From Nitrospinota bacterium (GTDB lineage Bacteria > Nitrospinota > Nitrospinia > Nitrospinales > VA-1), in NCBI GenBank assembly GCA_038108555.1, contig JAYNIA010000003.1, positions 1-58,087 of the forward strand: DNA of 58,087 nt, read 5' to 3'. Below, piece by piece: positions 38,422-46,951 of the stretch (position 1 is its first letter; the number at the start of each line of letters is the position of its first letter). The translations under genes and the position numbers were made by a program. The notes beneath the pieces are model-generated. The model did no database searches. It worked only from the letters and a program-made list of their open reading frames with translations, and was not told the DNA's origin.

Positions 38422-39549
38422 CTAGATGAGCTCGAGGCGAGCATGAAGAGCTCCTGAAGATTTTATGGCCTGGAGAATGGCAATCAAATCTCTGGGAGTT
38501 ACGCCAATGGAGTTAAGTCCCTGAACCACATCTCCCAGTGAAACGCTTTGGGGAATAAGCAACAGTTTATCTTCGCCTTCCCCTACAGAAATTCGGGTTC
38601 GGGGAATGACAACCGTTTGGGCATTCTCTGGTCCAAGTGGTGGAGGTTGATCTGCGACAGGTTCTTCTTTAATTTGAACAAACAAGGCACCGTGAGCCAC
38701 GGCAACCGCAGAAATCCTTACATTTTCTCCCATTACAACCGTACCCGTGCGCTCATCAATAATTACTTTGGCTTCGGAGTCGGGATCGACATCGATCGAT
38801 TCAATTTTGGTAACCAAGTCAGAAGCATTATCTCTGTAAAATTCAGGAATTTTTACACGAACTGTTCTACCATCTTCCATGAAAGCAACCTCATCCTTCA
38901 TATCATTATTGATGGCTTTGGCAATTCGGCTTGCCGTTGTAAAATCCGTTTTCTTTAAAGCAAGAATGATTTCATTTTTTACATTAAAGTTGTATTTAAT
39001 TTCTTTTTCGACCAATGCTCCATTAGGAATATGACCAACGGTCAAATGATTTTTCTGAACGCCCCGCGCCGCACCTTGCACACTAAAACCACCAATGGAA
39101 ATAGGGCCCTGGGCAACCGCATACGTTTTATTATCTGGTCCTTTTAATGGAGTCATTAATAACGTTCCACCCTGGAGGCTTTTCGCATCACCTATAGAAG
39201 ATACCGTAACATCAATATTATCCCCTTGCTTGGCAAAGGCTGGTAGATCTCCTGTTACGATAACGGTCGCAATGTTTTTGAACTGCAACTGTCCAATTCG
39301 ATCACTTGGAATTGTGACTCCCAGTTTTTTCAGCATACTGGCAATAGCCTGGATAGAGAAAAACACGTTTACCGCACTATCACCAGTTTTTGTCAAACCA
39401 ATCACCAGTCCAAACCCAATCAACTGATTGGAACGCACACCTCTTATTCCTGACAGGTCTTTAATTCGTGCAGCTTCCGCATATCCCGAAAGAAAAAATA
39501 TTAAAGCCAGCGCTGCACAAAGTTTCGTTACAATTTGGTTTTTAAACAT
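38422..39549 (-). CDS. flgI: flagellar P-ring protein
   Basis: RIKDL, GVRSNQLIGFGLVIGL, DAKSLQGGTL, ILQAIK.SGAL.A. Confidence 0.97.
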   Translation of the reverse strand: MFKNQIVTKLCAALALIFFLSGYAEAARIKDLSGIRGVRSNQLIGFGLVIGLTKTGDSAVNVFFSIQAIASMLKKLGVTIPSDRIGQLQFKNIATVIVTGDLPAFAKQGDNIDVTVSSIGDAKSLQGGTLLMTPLKGPDNKTYAVAQGPISIGGFSVQGAARGVQKNHLTVGHIPNGALVEKEIKYNFNVKNEIILALKKTDFTTASRIAKAINNDMKDEVAFMEDGRTVRVKIPEFYRDNASDLVTKIESIDVDPDSEAKVIIDERTGTVVMGENVRISAVAVAHGALFVQIKEEPVADQPPPLGPENAQTVVIPRTRISVGEGEDKLLLIPQSVSLGDVVQGLNSIGVTPRDLIAILQAIKSSGALHARLELI

Positions 39550-39569
39550 ATTTATCTCAATTCTTTTAG

Positions 39570-40232
39570 TTACGCAGCAGACACTGTCAAAACAACAGCT
39601 CCTACATCCCCGTTTTCCGAATCGGTAATGGTTATGGTTAAAGTTTGCGTTCCCAAAACACCTGGATCAGTAAATGTCACTGTTACCGTAGGATCGGCCA
39701 CAGCTAGCGTTGGGAGCGTATAAGTACTCGATGAATTATTATTCGCAATAGTGGCAACCAGTCCATTGCCTGATCCACCCGTAACAGTAAATACCTCCGT
39801 TCCCCCGCCACTTTGTGCCGATGATCCGGGCCCAATGTTAAGTGGGTTTGGCAATACTTGAATGGTTGCTGTACTTGTATCCCCCACAGCATCTACAACC
39901 GTTACCGTTGCAGTTCCCGCTACCTGAGGGGCATTTTGATTAGATGTAAATTCACCTGTGGCTGAATTAATAGCACCAATTGTAGTATTGGAAAGACTCC
40001 AGGCTACAGGAAGTGTTCCCCCAAAGGATGTAAATGTTAAAGTTCCACCCTTGTTTACCTTTCCCGCTGACGGACTAATGACCACACCTGAGTTTGAAGG
40101 GCCAAAAGGATTTCCCTCTTCTAAAGCTCCTTCACAGGCAACAATAAATCCTATAGCCACCAAAAAACAGAGGACCCATTCTTTTTTCAGGGTTCTTTCT
40201 TTTCTTAAAAATTTATTGAAATAATTTTTCAT
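39570..40232 (-). CDS. Ig-like domain lipoprotein
   Basis: Lipobox IVAC; Thr/Gly-rich beta repeats (GGT.P..WS, G.ATVTVVD). Confidence 0.75.
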   Translation of the reverse strand: MKNYFNKFLRKERTLKKEWVLCFLVAIGFIVACEGALEEGNPFGPSNSGVVISPSAGKVNKGGTLTFTSFGGTLPVAWSLSNTTIGAINSATGEFTSNQNAPQVAGTATVTVVDAVGDTSTATIQVLPNPLNIGPGSSAQSGGGTEVFTVTGGSGNGLVATIANNNSSSTYTLPTLAVADPTVTVTFTDPGVLGTQTLTITITDSENGDVGAVVLTVSAA

Positions 40233-40247
40233 AAAATAATTAAGGGT

Positions 40248-40646
40248 TTAAATAATTGGCACCGCAGTTGTTGCGCTGACATTGTCAACAGTTGCTGTTA
40301 CAAAGGCCATTCCCGTAACCGTCCCTGAAGTAAGAGTAGTTACCGCCGTACCAGATCCATCAGTAGTCAATGATGCCGACCCAAGCGTGCCCAGGGTAGT
40401 CGTCAAAGTGACTGTTGCGCCAACCGTAGGAATATTTGATGAAGAAAAAACTTCAACGCGAATGGTTGCCTGACTTGCTCCATCATTTTGAATTCCGGCC
40501 CCACCGAATATGCCCTGGATTCCTATAGTATTTCCTAAAGAACTTGGGCCCGTTAGGTCCTCAACAGCCGCCTGGCAGCCAATGAAAATGACAACTGCAG
40601 CAATAATTGAAATAGAAACAACTTTAAGATGTCTTATATAATTCAT
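40248..40646 (-). CDS. Big_1 (invasin-type Ig) domain lipoprotein
   Basis: Lipobox FIGC; NDG...ATI.V, V.LTTTLGTL, TDGSG.A..TLTS. Confidence 0.8.
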   Translation of the reverse strand: MNYIRHLKVVSISIIAAVVIFIGCQAAVEDLTGPSSLGNTIGIQGIFGGAGIQNDGASQATIRVEVFSSSNIPTVGATVTLTTTLGTLGSASLTTDGSGTAVTTLTSGTVTGMAFVTATVDNVSATTAVPII

Positions 40647-40651
40647 ACTTT

Positions 40652-41380
40652 TTAAAAGGGCCAAATTTTGCTAAAAACTTTCGCCAACCAACCTTTTCTT
40701 TGTTCATCAGCGACAACACCTTCTCCTGTATAACTTATCGAAGCATCAGCAATTAAAGTTGAAGGAATTGTGTTATCAAAGTTGATATCCTGAGGGCGTA
40801 CGACACCTCGCAAAACCATAATTTGCTCTTCGTTATTAACCGTTACCGACCGGCGACCCTCAATTTTCAGATTTCCACTGGGTAAAACTTCTGTAATGAT
40901 GGCGGAAATGGTTGCCGTCAAAGTTCCATTTCGGGTTACGGTTCCTGTTCCCTGCATTGAGTTTGCAATCGTTGCATTCACCGATGGGTCAAACTGGGTT
41001 CCCATATTTAGGAAATTCTGAATTCCCAAATTGGAAGGTAAACCCAACACATTGGGTGCCTGCATATTTACAGTGGTATCTTTTGCAGTATTTGTCGTTG
41101 CCGATTGTGTTGATGTAGCATTTTCGTTAATGGTTACCGTGATGATATCTCCCACCTTCTCAGCCTTGTCATCCCCAAATAAAAAGTTTCCTCGAGTATT
41201 CCCTGGCCAGAGCGCTCCCTCTTCAGGTTTGTTCAATATTGGTTTCGGGTATAGATTCTTGGGTATAACTGTAGACCGACTATCCACAGCCTTATGTGGA
41301 GTTGAACAAGCCCCTAGGGAAAACACTAAAGTCAGGGAAGAAATCCCAATCACTTTGTTTGTTAAGTTTTCTAATTTCAT
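40652..41380 (-). CDS. flgH: flagellar L-ring protein
   Basis: Lipobox LGAC; D.KA..VGDIITV; GNL.IEG; G.VRP.DI; WPF end. Confidence 0.96.
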   Translation of the reverse strand: MKLENLTNKVIGISSLTLVFSLGACSTPHKAVDSRSTVIPKNLYPKPILNKPEEGALWPGNTRGNFLFGDDKAEKVGDIITVTINENATSTQSATTNTAKDTTVNMQAPNVLGLPSNLGIQNFLNMGTQFDPSVNATIANSMQGTGTVTRNGTLTATISAIITEVLPSGNLKIEGRRSVTVNNEEQIMVLRGVVRPQDINFDNTIPSTLIADASISYTGEGVVADEQRKGWLAKVFSKIWPF

Positions 41381-42117
41381 TAAAAAGTCACCTTCACAGT
41401 ATTGGAATCAACCATTCTGCCGTAAATAATTTTCTTAGACTCAATGTTTAAAACACGGACCATTGCGTTTTCATAACCTTCATCCTTCAATATCCCTGGT
41501 GCCGTTATCGTCATTCCACCCTTTTGCGCCATGATTAAAATTTTGTCCCCTCTTCTTCCCAAAGCCGGTTTCTTTATAAAGTTTGGTAGTAGGGTTTTTC
41601 CTACGTCCAGGTTTCTTGTCACCTCATATCCCAAGGCATAATCAATATCTGTTATTGCATTTTTCATTGGACGCTCTGTCTTAACTATTTCCAATTGGAT
41701 TTCATCGTTGGTTAAAACCTCGCCTCGCTTTATCGCGCGGGTTGTTTTTACAACCTTTTGAGAAACCAGGACCTTGGTATTTAATCGAACTCTTTTTTGA
41801 AACTGATCGTTGATACGAATTTCTAAAATTACAGGAATTCTTCCTGCTCTTTGACTGCTACCCATAATTTTGTAAATTAAATCCACTTTCCCGGTGGGAA
41901 GGGTTATGTCCTTTCCCTGGTAGTAAACATTGATTTCAAGAGAATCCTTATTCCAAGGCAATTCCTGTATTAAAAATTCCTCTGCCTTTGTTTCAATTTC
42001 ACTTGCCTTAATTACCTGTGTGTCCGAGGCATGCGCCTTCATCCCAAAAGAAGAAGAAAGGTACAGGCAAACCAGTAAAATAAAAAAGATTTGAAAATTT
42101 CTTTTAATAATTGTCAT
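41380..42117 (-). CDS. flgA: flagellar P-ring chaperone
   Basis: SAF domain (IKRGEVLT..I), RGD.I.I, V.N..S.K.I.G. Confidence 0.9.
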   Translation of the reverse strand: MTIIKRNFQIFFILLVCLYLSSSFGMKAHASDTQVIKASEIETKAEEFLIQELPWNKDSLEINVYYQGKDITLPTGKVDLIYKIMGSSQRAGRIPVILEIRINDQFQKRVRLNTKVLVSQKVVKTTRAIKRGEVLTNDEIQLEIVKTERPMKNAITDIDYALGYEVTRNLDVGKTLLPNFIKKPALGRRGDKILIMAQKGGMTITAPGILKDEGYENAMVRVLNIESKKIIYGRMVDSNTVKVTF

Positions 42118-42124
42118 TCTCTAA

Positions 42125-42913
42125 TTACCGTTTCATGTTATTTGAGATTTGGAGCATTTCATCTGCTGTCTGAACCGTTCTTGAATTAACCTCATAAGCC
42201 CTTTGCGCTGCAATCAGGTTGACCATTTCTTCAACAACACTTACGTTGGATAATTCCAGGAAACCTTGTTGAGTCGCCCCAAGGTCAATGCTTTGGGGAT
42301 TACCAATTTGAGGCTGTCCGGAGGCATCTGATTGGGTAAATAAATTAAAACCTATCGCCTGTAAACCCGCTGGATTTTGAAATGAAGCCAACTGAATATT
42401 TCCTACAACCGTTGGTGCAGGTGAACCTGGTTGGGTTACTGCAACACTTCCCTGCGGGTCTATTGAAATTGATAAAGCATTATTAGGAATCGTGATGGCC
42501 GGTTGTAAGGGCAAACCATCTGCCGTAACCATTCTTCCGGTGTTATCTAGTTTGAAAGAACCTGCCCGAGTGAAAGCCTGGGTTCCATCCGGTTGCGTAA
42601 TTTGGAAAAAACCTTTTCCCTGGATTGCTATGTCGAGAGGGTTTTGTGTTTGGGAAAAATCGCCCTGTAAAAATATTTTTTGGATGGCTGCGGTTTTTGT
42701 TCCTAAACCTAATTGTGAACCGGTGGGTACCTGTTGACCGTTTGGTGAAAGGGTTCCCACCAGTCTTAAATTTTGATAAAGAAGATCCTGAAATTCAGGT
42801 CGGCTTCTTTTAAATCCCACGGTATTTACATTGGCCAGGTTGTTTGCAATGACACTCACGTTCAGGTCCTGAGCATTCATTCCCGTTGAAGCGGTGTATA
42901 AAGATCGAATCAT
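42125..42913 (-). CDS. flgG: flagellar distal rod protein
   Basis: [24 protein letters not shown]; [10 protein letters not shown]...AQRAYE. Confidence 0.97.
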   Translation of the reverse strand: MIRSLYTASTGMNAQDLNVSVIANNLANVNTVGFKRSRPEFQDLLYQNLRLVGTLSPNGQQVPTGSQLGLGTKTAAIQKIFLQGDFSQTQNPLDIAIQGKGFFQITQPDGTQAFTRAGSFKLDNTGRMVTADGLPLQPAITIPNNALSISIDPQGSVAVTQPGSPAPTVVGNIQLASFQNPAGLQAIGFNLFTQSDASGQPQIGNPQSIDLGATQQGFLELSNVSVVEEMVNLIAAQRAYEVNSRTVQTADEMLQISNNMKR

Positions 42914-42953
42914 TTTTTGATTCCTTTCCTCTTTTTAATTATTTTTAATTTTT

Positions 42954-43742
42954 TTAACCCACCCGACCAATTGTGTTGACCGATTGATCATTCATACTGT
43001 CAATGGATTGAATCATTTTTTGATATGTTTCAAATAACCTTAATGTTCCGATCATTTCGGTCATTTCTTCTACCGTGGATACATTTGAATTTTCCAGGTA
43101 ACCCTGGCGCGTATTTGTATTTGTTGCTTCCAATTCATTTTTAGGCGAACCTATATGTCGATAGAGACCATTCCCCATTTTTTGCAAAGCTTTTTTATTT
43201 TCAAAATCCACCACCTTTATTGTTGTAATAGGGGTATTTGCAAGCCCATTTCCCACCGAAATATTTCCTTGACCGTCAATGGAAATGGCTCCCGGCGCAT
43301 CAATTACAATGGGTGCGTCATTTAAATTTAAAATTTGGTTTCCATTTTGGTTTACCAGTTGATTAAGTGTATTTAGGCGAAAATTTCCGTTTCTTGTGAA
43401 ACGGGGGCCTTCAGGCGTTTGAACTTTAAAAAAGCCCTCTCCATCCAATGCCAAATCCAACGGGCCGCCGGTTTCTTTCACCACTCCCACTGAAAAATCA
43501 GTGTATGAATCTGTGATACCAACATAAGAAACATTTTTGTTTGATTGTTCAGGCTCCAGAAGAACATTTTTTGCCGCTTCCTGCCCCTCATCGGGAGGAA
43601 ATGGAGGCATCATTTCTTTGAAGACCAGTCCATCCCTTTTGTAACCGGTGTTATTCACATTAGCCAAATTTTGGGCTATAACATCCATTTTTCTGGATTG
43701 TTTTAACCCTGCCGAGGCTGCTATGAAGATACTTTCGTGCAT
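42954..43742 (-). CDS. flgF: flagellar basal-body rod protein
   Basis: NLANVN.TGYK, TG.PLDLA..GEGFF, TRNGNF, LENSNV; upstream of flgG. Confidence 0.9.
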   Translation of the reverse strand: MHESIFIAASAGLKQSRKMDVIAQNLANVNNTGYKRDGLVFKEMMPPFPPDEGQEAAKNVLLEPEQSNKNVSYVGITDSYTDFSVGVVKETGGPLDLALDGEGFFKVQTPEGPRFTRNGNFRLNTLNQLVNQNGNQILNLNDAPIVIDAPGAISIDGQGNISVGNGLANTPITTIKVVDFENKKALQKMGNGLYRHIGSPKNELEATNTNTRQGYLENSNVSTVEEMTEMIGTLRLFETYQKMIQSIDSMNDQSVNTIGRVG

Positions 43743-43779
43743 TAAATTGCCTTTTCATAAGTTTTTTGTATTTATATAA

Positions 43780-43794
43780 GCAAAACCTGTACCA
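43780..43794 (-). promoter_or_regulatory. sigma54 (-24/-12) promoter for the flgF operon
   Basis: TGGTAC-AGGTT-TTGC on the minus strand, 38 nt before flgF. Confidence 0.8.
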
Positions 43795-44045
43795 AATGTT
43801 TTATTTGTATTTTTTTAAAGACTGTAAGCTTCTAAAAGCCTTTAGATATTTTGAGTTATAAGGTTTCCACCTTTTTTGGTCCTTTTTGATATCGTCAAAA
43901 AATATGGAAGAATATTCCCCAAGAGTCAAAAATCCCTTTTTTTAAATTTATTTTTGATCCTTTTTTTTCGTTTTTAATAAATCTTTTTTGTGCGTGATAT
44001 AATCCAAGAACAAAATTTATTAGAAACACAATTTAAGAGGGAAAG

Positions 44046-44360
44046 ATGGAAATTATTTCAATTGATGAGTTGCATGACAAAATTGATTCCCTGGGAGAAA
44101 ATGATTTGATTTTGGATGTTCGTTCGCCCGGTGAGTTTGGATCTGGACATATTAAGGGAGCGCGAAACAAGGATCACGAATCCGTTACCGAAATTGCAGA
44201 TGAATTAAAAGATCATGGTACGGTTTATGTTCACTGCAAAATGGGTGGAAGGGCCAAGATGGCTTCTGAAGCTTTGGAAAATGCTGGATTAACTAATATT
44301 GTTTGTGTGGGCAACGGAGGGATGGAGCGCTGGAGCCAGATGGGCTGGCCGGTTGAATAA
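44046..44360 (+). CDS. rhodanese-like domain protein
   Basis: LDVRSP.EF..GHI.GA; active loop CKMGGRA; GGM..W...G.P. Confidence 0.92.
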   Translation: MEIISIDELHDKIDSLGENDLILDVRSPGEFGSGHIKGARNKDHESVTEIADELKDHGTVYVHCKMGGRAKMASEALENAGLTNIVCVGNGGMERWSQMGWPVE

Positions 44361-44377
44361 AATTTTTGTTCAAAAAA

Positions 44378-44430
44378 AAACCCAGGAAAAGATGCTGCGT
44401 TAACAGCTTCTTCCCTGGGTTTAATTTTTT
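44378..44430. terminator. bidirectional terminator between the rhodanese gene and nxrC
   Basis: AAACCCAGG...CCTGGGTTT stem flanked by A and T runs. Confidence 0.65.
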
Positions 44431-44458
44431 GGTCAGGCGGATTGCTCCGCTTAAAGGC

Positions 44459-45445
44459 TTACCACTCCAGTGTATTCCACTGAGTTACACCTTTCTGTCC
44501 ATTTCTTTCCTTGTTCGCACCATTCCAAACGGCAATTGCCATAGGTGTTTTATTACCTTTGAATTGGGTGTCGTTTGCATCTTCATTTGTCAAAGAACGC
44601 TTGAAAACTACTGACCAACGGTTGTTTGCCCAGTTTCCGCTTCCTTGTACGTCTTGATGAGCCTGAGTGGTCAAGGTGCTAAAACCTTCAGCATTCAGGT
44701 CTTCAATTGGTGAAACACGAATTGATGCGTCTGAAAGAATATTACCCAAGGTGCGCGCTGCATTAAAAACACCTTCGTTTTTACCCATACCAAAGTCGGG
44801 ATAAGTTTGGCGCTTGCTGATGTCACTAGCTCCACCACTTTTGCTTCCATCTTCTTTGGAACCAGAAGCGTGAGGTGGCTCTTTACCAGAAAGCTTTCCA
44901 TCAGGCTCATACATGTAGTAACTGCCTGAACCCATAGCCATATACTTATATTGATCTTCCAAGTCCTGCATTCCAGCGTTGCCAGATGTTCCAGCGCCCT
45001 CTTTATCCCAGGTCGCTTTCCACTGCCAAATGTTTACACGCTCTCCGTCACCACCCATTGTGAAAGGAGGCTCTTCGCCAGATTGATTCACAGGAAACAT
45101 GATGGCTGCCTGATCTTTATACTGCTGAGATCGAACCATGATGTCGTTACGTGTTGGATCGGTCCAGCTCAAACGAACAGCAATTTCCTTTCCGTTTGTA
45201 GCTGCGCGAACATTTACCCATTTGGTCGCAGGAGCAGGCCACATGGGGTTGGTGATCATTTGAGGGTCCAAGTCCACAACGGTGTGCTTGTGGAAAGTAG
45301 GACCATAGCGAGTCCAAAAAGGATCATCCGCAGCAATCGGGATATCCCCCTGAACTTTTACAGCCTTGATGGTAGCCGCATTTGCACTTGTCAATCCAAG
45401 TACAAAAGCAAGCAACATCGTAAAGATTATAGTTTTTTTACTCAC
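44459..45445 (-). CDS. nxrC: nitrite oxidoreductase gamma subunit (periplasmic, EbdC-like heme b domain)
   Basis: Directly downstream of nxrB; GAGGAGG RBS before a GTG; signal peptide; PQM, W.D.T, MG....VNIWQWKA, AEGF.TL, AVWNG...ERNGQK. Confidence 0.88.
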   Translation of the reverse strand: MSKKTIIFTMLLAFVLGLTSANAATIKAVKVQGDIPIAADDPFWTRYGPTFHKHTVVDLDPQMITNPMWPAPATKWVNVRAATNGKEIAVRLSWTDPTRNDIMVRSQQYKDQAAIMFPVNQSGEEPPFTMGGDGERVNIWQWKATWDKEGAGTSGNAGMQDLEDQYKYMAMGSGSYYMYEPDGKLSGKEPPHASGSKEDGSKSGGASDISKRQTYPDFGMGKNEGVFNAARTLGNILSDASIRVSPIEDLNAEGFSTLTTQAHQDVQGSGNWANNRWSVVFKRSLTNEDANDTQFKGNKTPMAIAVWNGANKERNGQKGVTQWNTLEW

Positions 45446-45518
45446 AAGTGTTCCCTCCTCGTTAACATACTGTTTACGGGATTTAAAGTTTACGCCCCTT
45501 TCAACGGAATTCCGAATG

Positions 45519-45544
45519 TGCGGCGGGCTTCTCAACCCGCCGCA
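45519..45544 (-). other. intergenic hairpin between nxrB and nxrC
   Basis: TGCGGCGGG-N8-CCCGCCGCA. Confidence 0.55.
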
Positions 45545-45591
45545 CCTCCGTATTGAATCACGCTGCTAAACCGCGAGCGTAGTTTCGCCTC

Positions 45592-46869
45592 TTAGATTGC
45601 ACCCGGATGCTCTTCAGGTCGAACATAGAAAGGCTCTTCAACCGTAACACGGATGATTTCTTTACCTTTCCTGTTAAACCCGATGACCGTGTCGTTATAC
45701 ATTTCAAACTTCTTACCGTGAATGTTGGTCTCGAAAATCTTGGGACCTGGCTCACGCTTCCATTTGAAAATGATACGTTGGGTCGTCCGGAACAGCTGCA
45801 ATACTCCTAACAGATCACGATCTGGAACCATGTATTGATCGATGGAATGATCAACACCCGGGCCAAACATCTGTTGAGAGTAAGAACGCGGAACGTGCCG
45901 TGATGGAATATAATATCCGTTAGGCTCCGTACCCAGCTGAGGATACAACGGCAGAGCAACTTTACGATCCCGAATCAAGTAGTACTGTGGATTATCAGGA
46001 TCATGAGCCCACTCGCCATTTCCACCGATTTTGACAAGACCCTGCAATCGGATCTTACCAACACAAGCGGCCATACAACGTGTTTCCATTTGATCACCTT
46101 CCGTCAGAGGATCGAGACCCTCAATACGGGGATAACAAGCGATACATTTTTCAGAAATACGCGTTGTTCCGCGGAACATCGGCTTCTTGTAAGGACATTG
46201 TTCTACACACTTTTTATAACCACGACATCGGCTCTGATCGATCAGAACGATACCGTCCTCTTGACGCTTGTAGATAGCTTTTCGAGGACACGCAGCCAAA
46301 CAACCAGGATACGTGCAGTGGTTACAAATTCGTTGTAGATAGAAAAACCAGATTTTATGCTCAGGCAGTACAGACTTCGTGCCGTTGTCGCCACCGAAAG
46401 TACCTTCACGGGACTGGGTGAACTCACGACCATGAGCAGTATCTTCACCGAAGTTCGGGAAACGCCACTCTTCGTCAGTCGGTACATAACCGATTGCTTG
46501 CTGGTTCAAACCGATCTTAGCAGGAGCTTCGAAGATGGTAACACCTTCGTAAACACCATGGATCGCTTTGTTAGAAGTCTTACGTACGTTCCATACGTTT
46601 TGTCCTGGATTGGATTGCTCCAACATTTTCAGGATTTTCCAATCCCAAAACTGAGGATATCCACCGTAAGGCTTCGTTTCTACGTTATTCCACCACATAT
46701 ACTCCTGACCCTTAGAGAAGGTCCAGGTAGATTTATGGGCCATTGTACAGGTCTGACAAGCAATACAGCGGTTCGTATTAAATACGAATGTGAATTGCTC
46801 TTTCGGATGCTTTTCGTCGTAGACGTATGTGGCCATCCGACCTAGCTGCCAGTTATAGACTTCAGGCAT
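45592..46869 (-). CDS. nxrB: nitrite oxidoreductase beta subunit
   Basis: MPEVYNWQLGR, CIACQTCTMAHK, WNNVETKP, CNHCTYPGC..ACP, further Fe-S motifs. Confidence 0.97.
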   Translation of the reverse strand: MPEVYNWQLGRMATYVYDEKHPKEQFTFVFNTNRCIACQTCTMAHKSTWTFSKGQEYMWWNNVETKPYGGYPQFWDWKILKMLEQSNPGQNVWNVRKTSNKAIHGVYEGVTIFEAPAKIGLNQQAIGYVPTDEEWRFPNFGEDTAHGREFTQSREGTFGGDNGTKSVLPEHKIWFFYLQRICNHCTYPGCLAACPRKAIYKRQEDGIVLIDQSRCRGYKKCVEQCPYKKPMFRGTTRISEKCIACYPRIEGLDPLTEGDQMETRCMAACVGKIRLQGLVKIGGNGEWAHDPDNPQYYLIRDRKVALPLYPQLGTEPNGYYIPSRHVPRSYSQQMFGPGVDHSIDQYMVPDRDLLGVLQLFRTTQRIIFKWKREPGPKIFETNIHGKKFEMYNDTVIGFNRKGKEIIRVTVEEPFYVRPEEHPGAI

Positions 46870-46910
46870 TATCGTACCTCCTTATTAACATTGGTTAAAA
46901 CGTTGAAATA

Positions 46911-46947
46911 TCGATGGTAGCCCCCTCACAATGAGGGAGCTACCGAT
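46911..46947 (-). other. intergenic hairpin between nxrA and nxrB
   Basis: GGTAGC.CCCTCA-CAA-TGAGGG.GCTACC. Confidence 0.6.
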
Positions 46948-46951
46948 CACT

